In this document: positions 38,571 to 50,573 of the stretch, in pieces
Layout of the letters: each line of letters opens with the position of its first letter
Numbering within the stretch: position 1 is the first letter of the stretch
NCBI RefSeq assembly: GCF_006345805.1
Contig: NW_021832852.1
Coordinates: 30,952-94,951, forward strand
Direction: 5' to 3'
Source of the DNA: Octopus sinensis
Taxonomy: Eukaryota
DNA: 64,000 bases
Program-made: the position numbers and the translations under genes
Notes under the pieces: generated by a model
Told to the model about the DNA's origin: nothing
The model's input: only the letters and a program-made list of their open reading frames with translations
Databases searched by the model: none

Positions 38571-38740
38571 TTTCTGGAATTAACAGTGTGATTCATGAAA
38601 TACAAGTTATAAGCTCATTTATAATTTAGATTAAAATATGAGGTCTCGTTTGTAGAAGATGAACTTGAAAGTAAAATGATGTATTTATTTTTAGAAACGA
38701 ATAATAAAATTTCTGATTTTACTCCCCTAGGCATGAATTC

Positions 38741-39363
38741 CAGGTCGTCCCAGTTTTTGAAACTTTTGCCATGAAGTTTGAGATCCCTTTCCAGAATTGC
38801 CGGAAGAGTGGATCTAGGTCTTCCACGATATTTGTCTCCATTTTCGGAGAAATAATCGTTCATTGCCCGATTGGCCGGAGCTCTGGGGTCCATTCGCAAA
38901 ATATGGCCAAATAATTTCCACCGGCCTCCAACAATTTCTTGAGACAACGGGGTAGCATCGTAATGTTTATACAGAGATAGATTGTTAATTTTTGATGGCC
39001 AGTATATTCCGTGTAAGAGACGTAGTTGTTTACGGTGAAAAGAGCCTATAGTCTTCAGTTCAGTCTCCGAGATCCCCCATGTTGACGAGTTGTATAGTAG
39101 AACAGTCTTTACGAATGCATTATAAAGCTTTGATCTGAGGGCCATTTTTTACGTATTCTGCTCAGAGCCGTGGTAGCATCTTTCTGCGAGAAATGTCTTC
39201 ACTATCTCCAACTAGGGAGCCGAGTTTGGGGCGACCTATAATCTTTGCGGGATCTCGTCCGCAACAGAGAAGCATGGACGAGGATGGTCCAGAAGATTGT
39301 TTCGCTTGTGACACGTGTGGGATTATAACTTTGTTTATGTTCCTACGGAATGTGTTATAATAA
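38741..39363 (+). mobile_element. RTE-like insertion with a 5' inversion (twin-priming structure)
   Basis: The inverted segment 38741-~39229 encodes KLGSLVGD...WDDL on the minus strand. The sense 3' tip ~39230-39363 reads LRDLVRNREAWTRMVQKIV* followed by a TAA tail. 13-bp TSD TAGGCATGAATTC at 38728-38740 and 39364-39376. Confidence 0.85.
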
Positions 39364-39751
39364 TAGGCATGAATTCATCTTATTTTAAAAGAATAAATAA
39401 AAAATGAGAGTACACAAAAATATGATTTTGAAATAAGGAATGAGGTATAATTGAATAATAACAGTTTAGGTTCTATTCGAGTCAATGCGATTTAACATTT
39501 TATCAAATAGTACATTTACAAACACATGTTTATCTGAATATAATGAGAAATTATGTAAAGACAATGCATCTGATTCAAATCCGGGTCACGTAAATTATTT
39601 TGTTTCAAATGGAAAAAAAATTATTGGAGGGAATCTGGAATTTTAACTCAACGATGTACCAGAAAGATCACCAATATCACGCGTCTTATTTAATTTATTA
39701 TATTTATTAAATATCTGTCTAAATAAAATATAAATTCTGAATTCAATATTA

Positions 39752-42700
39752 TTACAAAATTTTTGTATTAGCCAAACAAACTGAAATTAAATTAGTAAAT
39801 TCTCTTAAAAACTGATCAGTAAACATAAAAAAGACATACCTCGTAGAATAAGCAAAGTTGCTTCCAGTTTTTTGTTTTCCCGCCACATTTGATTTAGGTT
39901 TACCATCATTTAAGCTAGCCATGATAATTGGCTTATCCAAAGAGATATTTAATTTTTTATTTAAACTGCCCTAAAATTATATATGATAAATTAAAACTTC
40001 ATTAAGTGAAATTCCAATGCTTCCTGCCAATGATTCCTAAAAAATCAAATCCCTGCCCAAACCCTTTTACTTCCCTTCAAAAATTCTGTCGACTGATTCA
40101 GAATCTTGTCGATTATGGACTGGTCGTCTCCCTTCATGCTAATCATTTCACTCGATTCTGTTTCTTTTTGACGTTTCGATAATAATTCGACCTCCTTTTC
40201 TTTATTTTTCACAATATTTTGTAGATCTTGCACTTGATTATTCAAATTATCAACATTTTTCTACAAAAAATCAACAAAACTAGATGCCTTATGTTGATTA
40301 GTCGCATTTTCAATATCAAATCTCAATTTCTACAACAAGCTAACTTAAAAACAAACCTCGTTGTCCCCTTCCAACTTAGATATAACATCCAAATACTTGA
40401 TTACAGCACTGCTCTCGTCCTTTAGCCACATTGCTTGGAAGGGCGGTTTTGAAGCTGACCAATTATTTTCTAACATAAGATAAACAAAAAAAACTACCCA
40501 AATTTTGATCAAATGTCAAATCCGTGTTTATTTCTTCTGGAATTTCTTTATTTCCACGGAATCGGCTAAGTTCAATTTCCTGTCTGACTTTAACCAGTTC
40601 GTCCTTGAGGAGATCCTTTGAGGTGGTCAACTTGTCGGATTCGTCATTCAAAAGTCCTGACATTTGGCATAAATTCTAAAACATTTTTATAGCGTTTTGT
40701 ACATATATTTCCTCGTTTTTTGTGTTGAGTTCATTTTTTAAGCTAATCAACTCTAATTTCATTGTTTTGTGGGAAGATATGAGTCCATCCAGTTGACTGC
40801 TAAAGTTATCGCAAGCTTAATAAAATAAATTTTTATTTTTACTGGTTTGAAGGCGACACTTTTCTTCCTCCAACATGTAATTAGAGGCTTTGAGGGTGTC
40901 AAACTCCTTTAAATAAAAATAACTAAAATTACTTTCATTTTCTTGTTTTTCTCTTCCAATTCTGATTCCAAATTTTTGATCTCATAATTTTTAGATTCCA
41001 AAGACATTTTTAGGTTATCAGAATCTTTCATGAGTACTTTCAAGTATTTTTGCAAATCCTTAAATAATAAAAATAAAAACTTCTACTTCATTTTGATTAC
41101 TTTTACGATTTAATTTTTCCGATTCCAGTACTTTGAGTTTTGTCTCGGCTTTTAGTTTTTCGCCCATACGAGATATTTCATTTTCCAAAGCCTTTAAAAC
41201 TATTATTAAATAAAAAACGATTATTTTTGCTTCTTTTTCTTTCAAAATAATCTCATATTTGCCACATTTTAATTCTTGTGAATCAACCTCTCCCTTCAAT
41301 ATTTTCAATTCGTTTTTAGCCAAGTTCAGCTCATTTGAGACGTTCTAACATCTCAACCTCACAAAAAACTCACCAAATAGTCCTGATTGCGAATCGCTTC
41401 TTTACAGGGTGTTTCGTTTACAAAATTTGCTTGGAGAGATGGTTCGTTTTCAAAGTTGTATTTGTTTTCTCCTGCGCTTGTAAAATCTTTTCTGGTTATT
41501 TCAAATCGAGTTTGGCTGTTTTCGATTTCATTTTGAACTTTGATTATTTCTTCCTGAAGAAGGCTCCTTGATTTGGCAAGTTTTTCAGATTCGCTGTCTA
41601 AAAATCCTGACATTTGACATAAATCCTAAAATTCAGTTTCTATGCAAAAAATACATATATTTCTTCATTTTTGAACTTTAATTTGTTTTTTAAGTCAACT
41701 AACTCGTTCTTCATTTCCCTCTGAGACACGATTAGCCCGTCCAACTGTCCGTTAAATTCCTGGCAGTCTAAAATCCAATAAACCTACGAATACTCAAATT
41801 CAACTCCTCTTTATTTGTTCTCATATCAGAATTTTCCAATTTTTGTAATTCCTTAAAAAATAGTAAAAATGAAGTACTTCAAGTTTTTCAGTTTTGTTGT
41901 TGAGTTCTTGTTTCAAGTTCATTACTTCACAACTAAGAGATTCGTTTAGAATTTTGACGTTGTTGTAATCTGTCATGATTGCGTCAATATGATACTTTAG
42001 TTTCTAATAAAATAAGCTTTGTTATTTTACTTGATTTTCATCTTTTTCTATTTCCAATTTTTCTGTGATTTCTTTTGCGCTGGAAAAAGCGGTTTGCAAT
42101 TCCTAAATTTGATTCAATTTGTCTACTCTAATCTGGGAGTCCTTTTCATTCGCAATCTCCTCGTTCTCAAATTTGTTTCTTTTTATCAATTCGTTTAATT
42201 CTCTTTTAAGGATTGAACATTGTTCAAGAATATTCTTAATAATCACACAAGTATAATTTTACTTGATTTTCTTGTTCTTTTTCGTTAATTTTGTCATTAT
42301 ATATATCATTATTTTTTTGAATACAATCCTTCAGATTCTAAAAATATTAGTTTTTATTTTACATTAATCTCCTGTTCATAAAAAAGCATATTTTCCTTCA
42401 AATCTGTCATTCTTGCCTGCCAATTAGACTCTGAGATTTCAGTTTGAGCATTCAAATCAGAAATCATATACAAAGCGTCGGCATAGTCGTCTTTCAAATT
42501 CTACCAATTATATATCTAGACATACTTGGAGTTCCATTTGAGTTAAGTAAAGTCGATTAGACAGGTCATCTACCAATTCTTGATGTTCTTCAGAAGAAAT
42601 AATTTCTTGGTTGTTGGCTTGAAGAATGAATTCTTCATTGATTTCATTTTCAACGTTGAAATAGTCTTTTTCTGGTTTATTTGCGGTTTGTATTTCTTCA

Positions 42701-44056
42701 GTCATAACTTGGTCCGAAAAATTGTCGAAATTCTTTTTTTTAATACAACAATATTACATTTTGTATTTCTGTTTGTCTTTCGGGATATTTTGATAATTTT
42801 TTTTCCAATTCTCGAATTTGTGTTTTTAAAGCGTCATTGACCATATCCTTGCCCCGGATGACCGCCTCGAGTCGGACAGTCTCGTCGTCCGTAGATTCTG
42901 AATCAAATGTCACTTTTTTAGCCTTTCTGATTCCAGAATTCTGAAAATCATAACATTTGACGATTCAAACTTCTGGTTTCAAGTTTTCGAAAGTCTCTCC
43001 TATATTTTCAGGACCAAGTTCACCCAAACTGTCCAACTCACATTCAATAACAATTCCAGGAACACCTTCTGCAGTGCACTAAAGATTTTAAGAGCTATGT
43101 AAAATACAGGTTCGGACTGATAGGACATCTCATGTTCAGGTTGTTCAAATTTCTCGAAATCTCTAAAATCGATTTTTTAAGTCCATGTTTAAACTTGATT
43201 GGAAAATCGATTTCTTCTATTTTTTGATTTTCCAAGTTCTCATCCTCAGATAAACTCGTGTCTAAATAAAGTTGTTTTATAATCAATCAAACGGTTATCA
43301 ATGTTTATTTTTACGTCCGAATCAGATTTTTGTTGTCTAACCAAGTTTTCGGAGGTCTCCAGACGATTGTCGTCTGCAGTTGCAAACAGTGGAGAGAGCG
43401 TAGTGTAAAGAGCAATTTTTGAGTCCTGCAAGTTCTCGAGAGCGTTGGAATAGTTTTTAGATGTGGAATACATAAATTCGTAATCGTGGATATATTTCTG
43501 ATTTAAAGCTTCTAATTCTTTGATTTTTTGTTCGTTTTTAGCAATCTATCATGTTTGTTGATTAAAAAACAGTCTCAACTTGTATGCGAAGTGAATTTAT
43601 TTCTCGGTCCTTGTTTTCGAGTTGTGATTTCATGTTTGTTTGTTCTTGAAGTAAAATTGTGTTTTCTTCCTGTAGAAAGGCAACCGTATCTTCATTTCCA
43701 ATTGTAAAATTCTTGTATTTTTTTATTAAAATACTTTTTGTAGACTCAAAAATTTTTCTCGTTGGTCTCTAAACGCGAAATCTCTTTGGGACAATTCTTG
43801 TTTTGTTTTTTCTAGTGATTCTTCCAGCATATTCAAACAAGTACATTTCAGTTCTAATTCATTCAGTTCTTGCCTAAAATAAACACTGATTTAATTTTTA
43901 CTGTTTTCTAGAACTTTCCTCAGATAATTTTGAAAGTTCTTGCATCCACGTGTCTCGTTCTGCTGCATGAGATTTGCACAATTTTGAATATTCTTCGATA
44001 AGACTGTCGAGATGAAGGTTCGTTTTGTTTTGGGGATTTTCATTTTTGGTTTCCAT
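39752..44056 (-). CDS. Large multi-exon coiled-coil protein of unknown family, with an internal duplication
   Basis: A chain of E/K/L/Q-rich minus-strand exons separated by short GT-AG introns, from ATG 44056 (METKNENPQ). Exon boundaries were only partly traced. Confidence 0.6.
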
Positions 44057-45735
44057 TTTGGTTATTAATTATTTCTAAAGTACAATGGGAGCCCCAGTAA
44101 ATTCAAATATTTGTGGTTTAAGAGAAACAATGATTATATCAAAATAATTAATTTCTGTTCATCATTTTCAAAAGGTGAAAAATGATGCTCAAAATATATG
44201 CCATTTAAAATTGGAATAACTAATTACTTTATTAACGATGTCGATAGTAACAATAGTACAAAATATAATATTATAACATATTTGGTTTGCCATTATATTT
44301 ACAGTTATTTAAATAGATTATGATATAACTAAATTTAAATAATTTCTGTTTTAACATTTCTAATAATAATTTAAAGTAAAATTATAATTTATAATTTATT
44401 TTCTTCAGAAAGTAATAATTTAAGTCTTTTTCGGATGATATTTTTACCTTTTTTACTAGATCCCTCTGAAATTGGGTTCGCCGGTCTCCCGTTCTTTCTG
44501 TGTGCTTACCGCCAACCCAAAGTTGTTCTCGGAATCCCCAACTCTTGAAGTTTTTTTCTATACTTTGCCTTTCGATCAAATTCTAAAATCACCTAAGATT
44601 ATCGTGGCTAACTCTATGTCTCATTTGATTATTTTCTGAATGAGAAACTGATTGGTGCGTTTGTCCCTGTTTTCTAATGGATAGTCTGGAATTTTCAATT
44701 CAGCCCAATATAATCATATCAATGTTGTTTACGCTTCTCTCTTTATATTCTATCTCCCACTTTGCCTACTCACACTCAACTGCCTTTTATCTAAATAAAA
44801 TAGTGAGATATATTCACTTTGTTTGTGTTTGCCAAGAAAACAAATATCCTTGATTGACTACCTACACTCGGAAAGAAAAAGACGTCATGACTGTTCCTGA
44901 GGATCTCAGTGGTGATTCTGTGGGAACTATTAGCTATCCTTCACTTCTCGAATTATACAATAAACATAAAATGCGCTCGCAATCGAGCTTGGCCGCTTAC
45001 TTCCTGACGTTGTTATTTTGATTATGAATTTATCAATTGTGGAATAAAACCGAAAAAAACATAAAATTATTTTAAATAGACATGACCATGTTGTATTTGT
45101 TCTATCCGATATGATTATTATTATTTTAGCACATTCCGTAGGGACAAACAGAAAAGAGTTATATTCCTACACGTGCCAACACACGAAACGACCTTCTGTA
45201 CCAACGTTATATTCTTAGTCATGAATTCTCAAATATTCTTTCTGTTATTCAAATTGTTATTTCTTTGTCTAATAAAGAAGTTTAAAAGATGATTTTTATG
45301 CATGAAGTATACAATCTCATCACCTGTAATTGACTTTTTTGCCTATACCGGTTGTCGACGTTTTTTTAAAAATTTATTTTTTCTTATTGCTATATGTTGT
45401 TTTTTGATAATATTTGTAATATTTGTTTTGAATGGATCGCTGGTTTTTACTTATTAATGTGGCAAACCTATGTATTCAAAATTAAATATATTCTTGTGGG
45501 TCTTCACTTGTGTTTAAAATGACAAATAAGACTTCATATTATTTATGGCTCAAAATAAATTCTAATTTATCTCTAAGCCAACAGTCTGGTGGAATCCACC
45601 CATGGCCGTCATAATTTTAAAATTTAAAATATTTTCATGTTTCAATATTTCTTAATAATTTTAAATTATTATTTTTAACAATATATATATTTATTAAATA
45701 AATAATTTAAAAATAATGTTCTTGTGTACCATCAA

Positions 45736-46748
45736 ATGAGGAACCTATTGATGCTCTTTATAGTACTTATTTCTTTAATATTATACAAACTATGGACCAA
45801 TATCCCCTACAAACGTCGAATTCGTATAAAACTAGCCATGGTTTCTGACAGAGACATCCAAGTCCTTCCAGGCCAGTCTGCATGCAGCGAATTCCTCGAA
45901 GGAATATTAATCTGGGATACAAAATCCCAACTTTTTTCAATCAACTTTAAAAATTCCCCACAAAAACTATGTTCAAAAATCCTCCACAGAAACCGTGGAA
46001 TGGAACTTTCCGACCTGATCACCTTCCACGGAAAACTCCTGGCCATCGACGACAAGACAGGAATTATCTACCAAATCTTCCCCGAAAATAGCACTGTGGC
46101 TGTCTGGGTCAAACTGACTGACGGAGACGGGTCTTCCCCTGCCCGTAAGTCCCCTATGGCTCATCCACAGCCTTCAAGGGGGAGTGGTCCACTGTCAAAA
46201 ACGGGCTCCTCTACGTCGGTGGGTACGGAAAGGTCTTCACTGACTCGACAGGGACAATTTTAAATTCGTTCCCAATGTGGATTAAAATTGTTAATAAAAA
46301 TGGACAAGTGCACCACGTCGATTGGCGGGAAAAATATTTGGCTTTGAGTTCGCGCCTTTTGATTGAACATCCTGGGTTTGTGATTCATGAGGCAGTTGTG
46401 TGGAGTAAAGTGCACAATCACTGGTTTTTTCTGCCACGTGCTGTGAGTATGGAGGGGTATTTGCAGGGGGGAGAAGCATCGAATGGCGGGAATTATTTGT
46501 TGATTGCGGATGAGGACTTTGAGAGGGTTGATGTGGTGATTGTGGGGGATTTGTGTCGCACGAGGGGCTTCTCTGCTTTCCGTTTTTTGCCGGATTCTGA
46601 GGACAGGGTTATTATGGCTGTCAAGACTGAGGAAATGGCGGGAGTTTTGGCTTCGTATTTTCTTATTTTTGACTTGGTGGGAAATATTTTGCACCAAGAG
46701 ACTAAATTTGCTGATTCGAAGTATGAGGGATTGGAATTTATAAATTAA
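45736..46748 (+). CDS. CANT1: Calcium-activated nucleotidase (apyrase) with an N-terminal membrane anchor
   Basis: RGMELSDL, DDKTGIIY, FKGEW, LYVGGYGK, IHEAVVWS..WFFLPR, RGFSAFRFLP and KYEGLEF. One 26-nt intron. Confidence 0.95.
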
Positions 46749-47670
46749 TCCTTTTATTCATTTTTTAATAAACAAATAATTGTTTGGTTAGGCTCGTCAG
46801 GGGCAGGTTTAGACATGTTCGAATATTTATTATATAAAAATAACATGAAAATTATCAAAATAGTTCAGTGAGATTTCTGATCTTGTTTGTTGTGAATAAT
46901 TTTACTTATGTCAGGCTCTATGGTCGACAAAACTACTCACATATCATCCCGTGGTCTATTTCTATATTTTGTTTTTAGAAAAGTCAGACAGGACACTTCA
47001 CAGGGATAAGTAGTTGGGATTGCAAGTATTAATTCCAATGCAGTTTTACTCAAAATGGGGACTTCTTTCGCCATCTGACACCTAAAAATAAGAAGTAATT
47101 AGCCGCCGGTTTAATTAACTTTTCCCCAAAATTATGTGCAACTTTTTTGCAATAATTATTGAGACTATTGATACAAATTAGAATTTACAGATGCTTCTAA
47201 TCTCGATTTATCTTGGATTAAACCATTAAAGCTTTGGATGTGAATTTCGTTATTTTAATTTAAAATATTAATGTGAGCAACAATTTTCTAAGCATACAGA
47301 CTCTTGTGGTGCATAAGTAGAGAAGGAATTGTTTCCCAAAATTATATGACAAATTGGCCTTTATTTCATTATTTGAGCCAATTAATTAGTAAACGAAGAT
47401 TCTTGAAACCATAAATAGAATCATAAACCACGCTAAAAAAATCAGCTTAATTTCAATGTTTTTGTTTATATTTAACCACAAAATTACTTTTAACTTTAAT
47501 AAATTTTTTCAACATTCACTGGTGGTTCTAGAACATTCCAGTGACGTCATTAAACCTGGGTTCCCATTGGACTAAGTATTTTTATGGTTTTACTTATTCA
47601 TTATTTAATAAACAAATAATTGTTTGGTTAACCACTTATGAAAAGTTCTAGAACATTCTAGTGACGTCAT

Positions 47671-48118
47671 TCAGCTTGGGTTGTCAATAAGTGTCTTGTA
47701 TGACTTTAAAAGCGTTCTTCTCTCATGACTACGCTCTTTCTTAAGTCTTTTAAATTCAATTTTTTCAAGATATTCGATATTTTTGAGACTTTGAGGGCCA
47801 TTTTTTAAATTATCCAACTTTTCAGCCAACAAATATTTGGCCTGTTTTAAATTCAAAGAAGCACTTCTCGATATTTGACACTAAAACGAGTTTTTTGGTA
47901 TAAAAATAAACCTTGGTTGTGATTCCGGTGTCCTTGTGCTTTATAAAACAGCAGGTGTTCCGTCGGTTTACGTTCTGTCCTCCAGGACCAGAACTTTTTA
48001 TTTTTTTAATTTCAATTTCATTATCTTTGATGAATGGATATTTAATTTTTGATTTTTGTGCTATTGTATTGAGGGAAATTATTAAATTGTTAGATAATAA
48101 ATTCCGTGCACACAACAT
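47671..48118 (-). CDS. MTRFR: Mitochondrial translation release factor in rescue (C12orf65)
   Basis: SGPGGQNVN..CFIKHKDTGITTK|CQISRS..NLKQAK..L.EKLD followed by a basic C-terminal helix. One 31-nt intron. Confidence 0.85.
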
Positions 48119-48177
48119 TACAAATTTAAATATTTTATTACATTTTCAAAATTTAAATTTTCAAGTTCTTGTGGTGC
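48119..48177. promoter_or_regulatory. Putative bidirectional promoter between MTRFR and THG1L
   Basis: Only 59 AT-rich bp separate the two divergent start codons. Inferred from geometry only. Confidence 0.5.
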
Positions 48178-49023
48178 ATGGCTGGTTCCAAATATGAATA
48201 TGTTAAAAAATTCGAAGAAGATCCCAAATGTCTATACAACACCTACATAGTAGCCCGAATAGACGGCAAGTCCTTCCACAGGTCCTCAAAAACATATAAA
48301 AAACAGATTTTCCGAAGACCACAACTTCCAGAAGCCCAACGACCCACGTGCCCTCGCCCTATTGTCACGTGCCTCAGCCTCCCTCTTCGACCTCTTCAAA
48401 GATATTGTCCTCGCTTATGGACAGAGCGACGAATTCAGTTTTCTCTTCAACCGAAATTGTCAGCTTTTCCAGCGAAGAAAATGGTTTTTTATTATTTATT
48501 TATTTATTTAAAAAATAGTAAAATAATATTAAAAAAATAGTAAAATAATTTCTACTTTGGTAAGTGCACTCAGTTCGGCCTACGTCTTTTACTGGCCTGA
48601 ATATTTCGGGGTGGCGACCCTCCTTCGTCCCCCCGTCTTTGACTGCCGCCTGATCTGCCTGCCCACGTGTGCCAATGTGCGGGACTACTTTTCCTGGAGG
48701 CAGGCCGACTGTTGTGTTATATACTGACTGTTAGGCCACATTAATAATTATATAACACTGCCTTTTGGGCCTTGGTTCAACAAGGCGGGAAAAGTAGAAG
48801 GGAGAGTGAAGAGGTCCTTCGAGTGGGGGACATTTTTAAGTTGTAGGGGACATTGGCCAGGGATAAGAATGAGATTTTGTTCACGGATTTTGGGATTAAC
48901 TACAACGATGTGCCACTCTTGTATAGGAAGGGGACTGTCTTGGTTAAAGATGGGGATAATATTGTGGAACTTAATTGTGATATAATTAAAGATGATTTTT
49001 GGATTAAATATTCTTTAATTTAA
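48178..49023 (+). CDS. THG1L: tRNA(His) guanylyltransferase
   Basis: [47 protein letters not shown]|HINNLYNT and DKNEILF..YRKGT. Confidence 0.95.
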
Positions 49024-49093
49024 ATATACTTTTTAATTTATAATAAATTGTATAAATAATTTGTTTCTTGTTGGCACGTTCTCATTGTCTCAT

Positions 49094-49601
49094 ATGAGAT
49101 CAAATCTTGGCACAATTGGTAGTCCTAATGCTGACATATTTTCAGAGGTACCTCGGAACTTTAAGCTTTTGGACGAACTTGAACTTTCTGAAAAAGGTTT
49201 TGGAGAGGGACAATTAGTTGGGGACTTTGTGACAGTTCTGACACGACCCTGACCCACTGGAATGGGATCATCATGGGCCCTTTCAAGGTTTTTCCTACTT
49301 ATTGGACTCCCAAGTCTGCCTACGAGGACAACACGTACTCCCTGGCCATCGAATGTGGGTCTAAATACCCTCAGAAACCGCCTCTGGTCAAATTCCGTAC
49401 AAAAATCAATTTGAAATGTGTAAGGATGGAGACGGGGGAAGTTAGAACTGATTATATTAGTCAGGTTATTACTAGTGAGGTCCCCACCTTGAGGAATTGG
49501 AACAGAAAGTGTGGGATAAGGACGTCCTTCTCGACATAAGGAATTTGATGGCTCACTCAAAAATTAAGAAAAATCAGCAACCTCCACCAGAACTATATTA
49601 A
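49094..49601 (+). CDS. UBE2V: Ubiquitin-conjugating enzyme variant MMS2/UEV1, with two apparent one-base frameshifts
   Basis: VPRNFKLLDELE..KGFGEG-TISWGL..TLTHWNGIIMGP, ECGSKYP..PP.VKF.TKIN and QPP. Confidence 0.9.
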
Positions 49602-49889
49602 TTCTTTTTTATTCATTTATAACATTTTTCACTTTTTTTAGTATGTGGCAATTGGCCTAACACCTATTATTATAGTGTGATATTTTGCTGTTTTTGTCAA
49701 AATTGTTGTTTAAAAATTTAGTACTAAACATTGTTTCTTATTTGGAAAGCATTGATGAAAAATCTATTGCTGATTTTAATGACACAATCAGTTTAAACAT
49801 TGAACAATATGGATTATTAAATGTTTTAAAAGGCGATGTTCACTAAATCAAGGCTTGCAAAATTTTCCAATATCAGGGCCAATCATCAA

Positions 49890-50573
49890 AAAATAGGCTT
49901 ACTCACCCATCTGTGTCTTGCACGCTCAACCCATCAGAAGATGAAATTAAGTTCTCAATTCAATCTTTTGGCAAAAGCAGCTGCGGCGGACTTGATGGCC
50001 TCCGCCCGGGCCACATCAAGAACCTCACCTCTCCCTCAACTGGCGAGGCAGACAACTCTCTGATATCCGCTATAGCCGCTTTAGTCGGAAAGATTCTGAA
50101 TGGGGATATCCCCTACTGTGCGAGGGACATGCTTTTCTCAGCACATCTACTTGCATTCCGGAAGAAGGACGGCGGAATCCGTCCCATAGCTGTTGGAAAT
50201 TATTTCCGCCGCCTGACTGCTAAATTGGCCTCGAGGATCGTATGTCCCCGCCTAAGTTCCGAACTAGCTCCTTTTCAACTGGGAGTCGGGATTCCAAACG
50301 GCTGTGAAGCTGCCGTACACGCGGCCCGACCGGCCTTGGACCAACACTGCCAAGACTGCCTGCTTTCTGCAGCACACGAGCATAGTGGATCCTGGCTCGA
50401 CACTTACCCAACGTCATCGACGGGTTCCCTATTAGACAACGAAACACTGCGTATCGGGGTCGCTCTTCGGCTGGGGCTCGATGTCTGCGCCCCTCATCCC
50501 TGTCGATGCGGAGGTACGGTGGACGTGAAAGGCCTTCACCCCCTCTCCTGCCGCCGGAGCCGAAGAGCGACCC
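49890..50573 (+). mobile_element. Internally deleted CRE-clade retrotransposon piece
   Basis: GGLDGLRP, KKDGGIRPIAVG and QLGVG.PNGCEAAVHAAR, joined directly to HSGSWL..LRLG..HPCRCG..HPLSC. Confidence 0.85.

Noticed and set aside
44380-44600. Possible HTH (LGIPRTTLGW) gene on the minus strand
   Set aside because: The motif is too short and the surrounding frames are stop-rich, so no gene model could be supported.
48960-49094. Operon-like THG1L-UBE2V pair with trans-splicing
   Set aside because: The 70-bp spacing fits general genome compaction, an AATAAA is present, and no spliced-leader evidence is visible.
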